A DNA stretch of 37,432 nt from an uncultured Spirochaetales bacterium (GTDB lineage: Bacteria > Spirochaetota > Spirochaetia > Sphaerochaetales > Sphaerochaetaceae): the NCBI GenBank assembly GCA_902796335.1, contig CADBOI010000158.1, forward strand, positions 1 through 37,432, read 5' to 3'. Below, piece by piece: positions 33,204 to 37,432 of the stretch. The notes under the pieces are model-generated. The model had not been told where the DNA came from and made no database searches. It saw nothing but the letters and a program-made list of their open reading frames with translations. Positions within the stretch are counted from its first letter, which is position 1. Each line of letters opens with the position of its first letter. Position numbers and translations under genes: made by a program.

Positions 33204-34328
33204 ATGGAGACAAGAGTCCTGCTATGCGGAATGGGCGGTTACGGCGAGAACTACATAAAAGAATATCTTGAGAGGGATGTTCTTGGTTCTGTTCTTGTCG
33301 GTATTGCCGATCCGTTCGCACAGAAAAGCCACCTGTATCCCGATGTTGTGGCAAAGGGAATTCCGGTCTATGACTCAATGGACAGTTTTTATGCAAAGGA
33401 CAGAGCGGATCTTGTCATAATTTCATCTCCGATTCATACCCATTACCCCTATGTGATGTCGGCTCTGGACCATGGCAGCAACGTACTTACGGAAAAGCCC
33501 GTCTGTTTTGATCCGTTTCATTTCAGCGAGATGATCGAGAAGAGCAGCCGAACAGGTCTGTTCGTAGCGGTTGGCTATCAGCTCTGCTTCTCAAAGGATG
33601 TCCTTGCTCTGAAGAGGGACATTCTGGATGGAGTGTATGGGAAGCCGGTCAGGATGAAGACCATCAGGCTCATGAGAAGGAACGACATCTATTACAGCAG
33701 ATCATCCTGGGCCGGGGCCATGTACTGCAATGGTGCACCGGTCTATGATTCCCCGTTTACAAATGCCTGTGCCCATCAGTTCCAGAACATGGTTTTCCTT
33801 CTGGGCAGAGAGATGGATGCGAGCGTAACAACATCCTCATGTAAAGGTATACTGGCAAAAATCAGACCGAATATCACAAACTGTGATACCGTAAGTCTTG
33901 AGTTTGTCACTGAAGACGGAGTTGTTCTCCAGTACCATGCATCACATGCTGTTGATGAGGCCAAGATCGGTCCTCTCAGCGTCTACGAGTTTGAGAAAGG
34001 CACTGTGGAACAGGGTGAGAACGGATTTGTGGGAAGACTGGATGACGGAACCCTGTTGGACTACACCTGTCTGGATAAGGGCGAACGTCTTGAAAAGCTT
34101 TGGGAAAGTGTCCGGTGTGTACAGGAGGGCCGGATTCCGGTCTGTACCTTGAAGACGGCGTTCGAGCATACCCATGCAGTGCTTATGGCGCAGCAGATGG
34201 GTGTCCGGGATCTGTCTGCAGGGGCCATCGGAAAAAAGGATGACAAGGGCAGCGTCTATTACACGATGGATGGTCTGAGTCAGTCGTTACAGAATGCCTA
34301 TGCGCAGTGGCGCATTGCAGAAATATGA
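33204..34328 (+). CDS. Gfo/Idh/MocA family NAD(P)-dependent oxidoreductase
   Basis: RBS GAGGTGGGGAG. 374 aa with N-terminal Rossmann VLLCGMGGYG, the family-typical EKP motif (VLTEKPV) and a C-terminal alpha/beta substrate domain. Confidence 0.85.
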   Translation: METRVLLCGMGGYGENYIKEYLERDVLGSVLVGIADPFAQKSHLYPDVVAKGIPVYDSMDSFYAKDRADLVIISSPIHTHYPYVMSALDHGSNVLTEKPVCFDPFHFSEMIEKSSRTGLFVAVGYQLCFSKDVLALKRDILDGVYGKPVRMKTIRLMRRNDIYYSRSSWAGAMYCNGAPVYDSPFTNACAHQFQNMVFLLGREMDASVTTSSCKGILAKIRPNITNCDTVSLEFVTEDGVVLQYHASHAVDEAKIGPLSVYEFEKGTVEQGENGFVGRLDDGTLLDYTCLDKGERLEKLWESVRCVQEGRIPVCTLKTAFEHTHAVLMAQQMGVRDLSAGAIGKKDDKGSVYYTMDGLSQSLQNAYAQWRIAEI

Positions 34329-34367
34329 TTACGAACGGTCATTGAAACCGTAAAAAAGGAGAAAAGA

Positions 34368-35942
34368 ATGAAGAAAGCATTGTTAGTTTTGCTAGCAGTT
34401 CTTCTGATTGCAGGACCTGTCTTCGCACAGGGCGCAGCAGAAGCCAAGACAAACAACGGGCCGGATGAGTTGACCTATTGGGCAACACTGAACGCTGCCA
34501 TCACAGCCAACAGCTTCGATGAGCTGCCGTACTGGCAGGAGCTTATGGCAAGAACGAACACAAAGGTCACATTCCAGCATGTTGCTGCCGGCAACAATGT
34601 TGCCGAGGCCTTCTCTGTTCTTACAGCATCCCGCAGATCCATGCCCGATATCATCGAGTATCAGTGGATCAATTACGCAGGTGGTCCCCAGAAGGCAATC
34701 GATGACGGTGTCATCATTGCATTGAACGATTATCTGGATTATGCTCCGAACCTCAAGAAGTTCCTGGAGACACATCCTGATATCGCCAACATGGTCAAGA
34801 CCGACCAGGGATACTACTACTGCTTCCCGTTCCTCAGAGGCGACAGCTATGAGAACAACACACTCCTTTACACGGAAGGCTGGGTATACAGGACAGATCT
34901 TCTTGCAAAGGCCGGTGTAGATGCTATCCCCGAGACTCCGGATGAGCTCTATGATGCCTTGGTCAAAATCAAGAAATCCGGACTTGTGGAGTGGCCGATT
35001 GCCATCAGAAGCGACCATATCAACAGAGTTTTTGCTCCTGGTTTTGACTCATGGGGAGAGAACGAAGGTATCTATGTGGACAACGGCGTGGTCAAGAGCG
35101 GTCTGATTGAGCCACAGAGATATGATTATCTGAAGTTCCTCAACAAGCTCTATACAGAAGGCCTTCTTTACAGCGACTATCTCACTCTGGACAAGAAGGG
35201 AATGGGTAACCTGATCCTCAACTCAACCACAGCCATCGGATATGCTCCCGGCGGAAGCGGAATCGGAACATGGCTCCCGAAGATGCAGAAGGATGATCCG
35301 TCTGTCACAATGTCCTCAGCAAAGCCGCTCTCACCTGTGAAGGGAAGACTCTCTATGTTCGCAAAGATGGATACCATCTACTCCAACGCCGGTGCATCAG
35401 CCGCCATCACAACAAGCTGCAAGAACATCGAAGCTGCAATGAGACTTCTTGACTACCAGTTCAGCAAGGAAGGACATCTTCTGGCCAACTACGGTATCGA
35501 GGACGTTTCCTACAAGATCGAGAACGGTGAGCCGGTTTACCTCGAGGCTGTTCTCAATGCCGACGGAGTCCTTGATTCCACAAAGGCATGGCAGTACATG
35601 AGATTCACCATCAACGGACCGTTTGTCCAGGAGCCGAAGGCACAGAAGTTCTACTATGCAGTTCCTGAGCTCCAGGAAGCTCTTGTCCTCTGGTCACAGA
35701 CAAACTACGGCGAGCACGATATGTCTCTGATCACCGTTTCTTCGGATCACGCTGATGAGTATGCAAAGATTGTCAACGACGTCAAGACATATGCAAAGGA
35801 GTGGGAGAACAAGTTCATCACAGGCGTAACTCCGCTCAATGAGAAGACATTCGCAGAGTATCAGGCCGGTCTCAAGGGTCTGAAGCTCGAGCAGGCTGTC
35901 GCATGGAGACAGGAAGCATACAACGCTTACGTCTCAAGATAA
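34368..35942 (+). CDS. Extracellular solute-binding protein of a carbohydrate ABC importer (LplA-type, large SBP)
   Basis: RBS AAGGAG. 524 aa with signal peptide MKKALLVLLAVLLIAGPVFAQG and the length and pattern of LplA/YtcQ-type SBPs (...ELTYWATLN...PYWQELMARTN...). Confidence 0.9.
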   Translation: MKKALLVLLAVLLIAGPVFAQGAAEAKTNNGPDELTYWATLNAAITANSFDELPYWQELMARTNTKVTFQHVAAGNNVAEAFSVLTASRRSMPDIIEYQWINYAGGPQKAIDDGVIIALNDYLDYAPNLKKFLETHPDIANMVKTDQGYYYCFPFLRGDSYENNTLLYTEGWVYRTDLLAKAGVDAIPETPDELYDALVKIKKSGLVEWPIAIRSDHINRVFAPGFDSWGENEGIYVDNGVVKSGLIEPQRYDYLKFLNKLYTEGLLYSDYLTLDKKGMGNLILNSTTAIGYAPGGSGIGTWLPKMQKDDPSVTMSSAKPLSPVKGRLSMFAKMDTIYSNAGASAAITTSCKNIEAAMRLLDYQFSKEGHLLANYGIEDVSYKIENGEPVYLEAVLNADGVLDSTKAWQYMRFTINGPFVQEPKAQKFYYAVPELQEALVLWSQTNYGEHDMSLITVSSDHADEYAKIVNDVKTYAKEWENKFITGVTPLNEKTFAEYQAGLKGLKLEQAVAWRQEAYNAYVSR

Positions 35943-35963
35943 TCAGTAATTCTGATTTCAGAC

Positions 35964-35995
35964 GCATTGGATTGGCCTTCGGGCCAGTCCGATGC
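35964..35995 (+). terminator. Strong stem-loop after the SBP gene (terminator or mRNA-stabilising hairpin)
   Basis: GCATTGGATTGGCC-TTCG-GGCCAGTCCGATGC forms a 14-bp stem with two G.U pairs and a UUCG tetraloop. It is followed by TGTTCTG, a weak U-tract. Confidence 0.55.
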
Positions 35996-36035
35996 TGTTC
36001 TGTCAATAAACGGTGTGAAAAAAAGGAAAACGGAC

Positions 36036-37432
36036 ATGACTGAATTTGAGATTCTGAAGACGCATCTCAAGGACGATTTCAAAGAACTGGACGGAAAGAC
36101 TCTCCTGCAGCACTTCGCTGAGAGGAAGAAACCCGTCTACCTGTTTCAGGCCACGGAGGCATCGGAAATAGAGGATGACGGCATTGTCGCCGATGCCGAG
36201 AAGGTCATGCAGCATGACATCTTCGGACATAAGTTCAATGGTCCGATTGACTGGATGTTCAACCCAACCACGGAAACCAGCAGAGACAATGAGTGGAGCT
36301 GGTCGCTTTTCCGCACCATTTATTGGCAGAGTCTTGCAAGAGCCTATGCCGTCACGAAGGATGAGAAATACACCAGGGAGTTCCTTTCCCAGATGCACTC
36401 GTTCCGTGAAGCCTGGCCTGCAGACGAATTCATCAAAGACACGACCTTCGTGCCAAAACAGCCGTTTCCGGGGACAGCATGGAGAACCATAGAGACCGGA
36501 ATCAGGGTTTATACGACATGGCTTCCGGTTTTCGAGATCTTCAGGAGTTCTCCTGTGTGGACAATTGATGACCTTGCAGGCTTCCTTCTTGGAATAAGGG
36601 ACCATGCGTTGTTCCTTATGGGCCATTATTCCAACCATGACAGATCCTCCAACTGGCTGAGCATGGAGACCAGCGCATTGCTGCAGATTTCGATAATGTT
36701 CCCTGAATTCGCTGAGTCCGGGCAATGGTTCGACACGGCCTACGGACGGGTAATGCATGAAATCCGTTACTGCTTCTCAGACAACGGTGTGCACATGGAG
36801 AAAACTCCAATCTATCACATGGTTGCATCGATAGCATTTGCCCAGGCCATAGTCCTTTGCAGCAAAAACGGAATCTACGTTCCGGACTATGCGTGGGAAG
36901 TGATAAGAAGAAGTGCTAAATACATCTGCTCGCTGGTAAAGCCGGATCTCTCGACACCTATGATAGGTGATGCCGACAGGGATGATCTGACAACCAGAAA
37001 GGCAGATACTTCCATCTACGAGGGCATGAATCTTTCGTTCTTCCCAAGGGATCTCAATGAAATCCGTGCCTACATGAACTGGATGTATCAGCTTTTCGGT
37101 GACGAGCAGTTCCGCTATTTCGGAACACTGCGCAAGGAAGGGGACGAACCGAAGGCCAGAGACTACAAGTATTCTGAGGAAGGTGTATATGTGATGCGCA
37201 CTGGATGGGGTCCTGATGCGGATTACCTGTGCACTCATGCAACTCAGCTGGAACGGGGAGAAAGGTCCACCCATTCGCATAACGACTGCATGCATGCCGA
37301 ACTTACTCTGTGCGGAGAGGATGTTCTGGTTGACAGCGGACGCTACATCTACAGATCCTCCATATGGAAGGACTGGAGGTCCTATTTCGTTTCCGCACTG
37401 GCCCACAACACTCTCTATGTGGACGACCATGA
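36036..37432 (+). CDS. Heparinase II/III-like (polysaccharide lyase-type) protein, 3'-truncated by the window edge, cytoplasmic
   Basis: This ORF is not in the track. I translated by hand from the ATG at 36036 and found 465 codons with no stop up to the window end. Sequence: MTEFEILKTHL...WSWSLFRTIYWQSLARAYAVTKDEKY...AWRTIETGIRV...NHDRSSNWLSMETSALL...HSHNDCMHAELTLCGEDVLVDSGRYIY...LAHNTLYVDDH. The pattern matches an alginate-lyase-like N-domain plus Hepar_II_III motifs. No signal peptide. Confidence 0.85.
   Translation, partial: MTEFEILKTHLKDDFKELDGKTLLQHFAERKKPVYLFQATEASEIEDDGIVADAEKVMQHDIFGHKFNGPIDWMFNPTTETSRDNEWSWSLFRTIYWQSLARAYAVTKDEKYTREFLSQMHSFREAWPADEFIKDTTFVPKQPFPGTAWRTIETGIRVYTTWLPVFEIFRSSPVWTIDDLAGFLLGIRDHALFLMGHYSNHDRSSNWLSMETSALLQISIMFPEFAESGQWFDTAYGRVMHEIRYCFSDNGVHMEKTPIYHMVASIAFAQAIVLCSKNGIYVPDYAWEVIRRSAKYICSLVKPDLSTPMIGDADRDDLTTRKADTSIYEGMNLSFFPRDLNEIRAYMNWMYQLFGDEQFRYFGTLRKEGDEPKARDYKYSEEGVYVMRTGWGPDADYLCTHATQLERGERSTHSHNDCMHAELTLCGEDVLVDSGRYIYRSSIWKDWRSYFVSALAHNTLYVDDH

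Noticed and set aside
36003-37430. Two minus-strand track ORFs (36003..36758, 251 aa; 36777..37430, 217 aa)
   Set aside because: They lie antisense to the convincing heparinase II/III-like + strand frame, which the track omits because it has no in-window stop. Their translations have no family resemblance and show shadow-frame-like composition.
1-37432. Scan for CRISPR arrays, tRNA/rRNA genes, transposases, integrases, prophage genes, toxin-antitoxin pairs or known defence-system genes
   Set aside because: None found. The only repeats are the in-frame LRR coding repeats and the short inverted and direct repeats reported above. No intergenic region is long enough for an rRNA gene or tRNA-like enough for a tRNA gene. 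The window reads as core or accessory metabolic chromosome, not a mobile island.

Overview
This is a 37.4-kb, densely coding chromosomal segment with about 31 CDS on both strands. I saw no rRNA, tRNA or CRISPR array, and no transposase, integrase or phage genes. Shine-Dalgarno-type RBSs (AGGAGG/GGTGG), signal-peptide-bearing beta-barrel candidates and lipoprotein signals suggest a diderm anaerobe, possibly Spirochaetota-like; this is inference only. From left to right the window contains: a membrane HD-GYP signalling protein; two tandem paralogous Wzi-like outer-membrane barrel candidates; azlCD; a secreted 5'-nucleotidase; a flavodoxin; a GNAT; a lipoprotein papain-family (C1) peptidase; a coupled acyltransferase + PAP2 pair; an all-membrane operon (AI-2E transporter, unknown polytopic protein, K+ channel); a PNPOx-like protein; an orphan YqeB-like protein; a cytoplasmic GH5; two tandem paralogous lipoproteins, one carrying a BspA-type LRR array; and a second GNAT. 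The window ends with a carbohydrate region that is unusually rich in redox enzymes (23.7-37.4 kb). That region has a translationally coupled trio (OYE-like flavoprotein with a [4Fe-4S] motif, SDR, fumarate-reductase-like FAD protein) and a GH43. It also has an LplABC-type sugar importer operon with three enzymes between the permeases and the binding protein: a xylose-isomerase-like TIM barrel, a DHOD/DPD-like 2x[4Fe-4S] flavoprotein and a Gfo/Idh/MocA oxidoreductase. A heparinase II/III-like gene follows. This redox-assisted glycan or glycoside processing locus is my best candidate for an undescribed system. The supplied ORF track needs three corrections. It misses the open-ended + strand heparinase-like ORF (36036..37432) and shows antisense shadow ORFs there instead. 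Several track ORFs start at upstream TTG/GTG codons and are over-extended. Many long antisense ORFs elsewhere in the track are also shadows. All family assignments come from motifs read by eye, with no database search.
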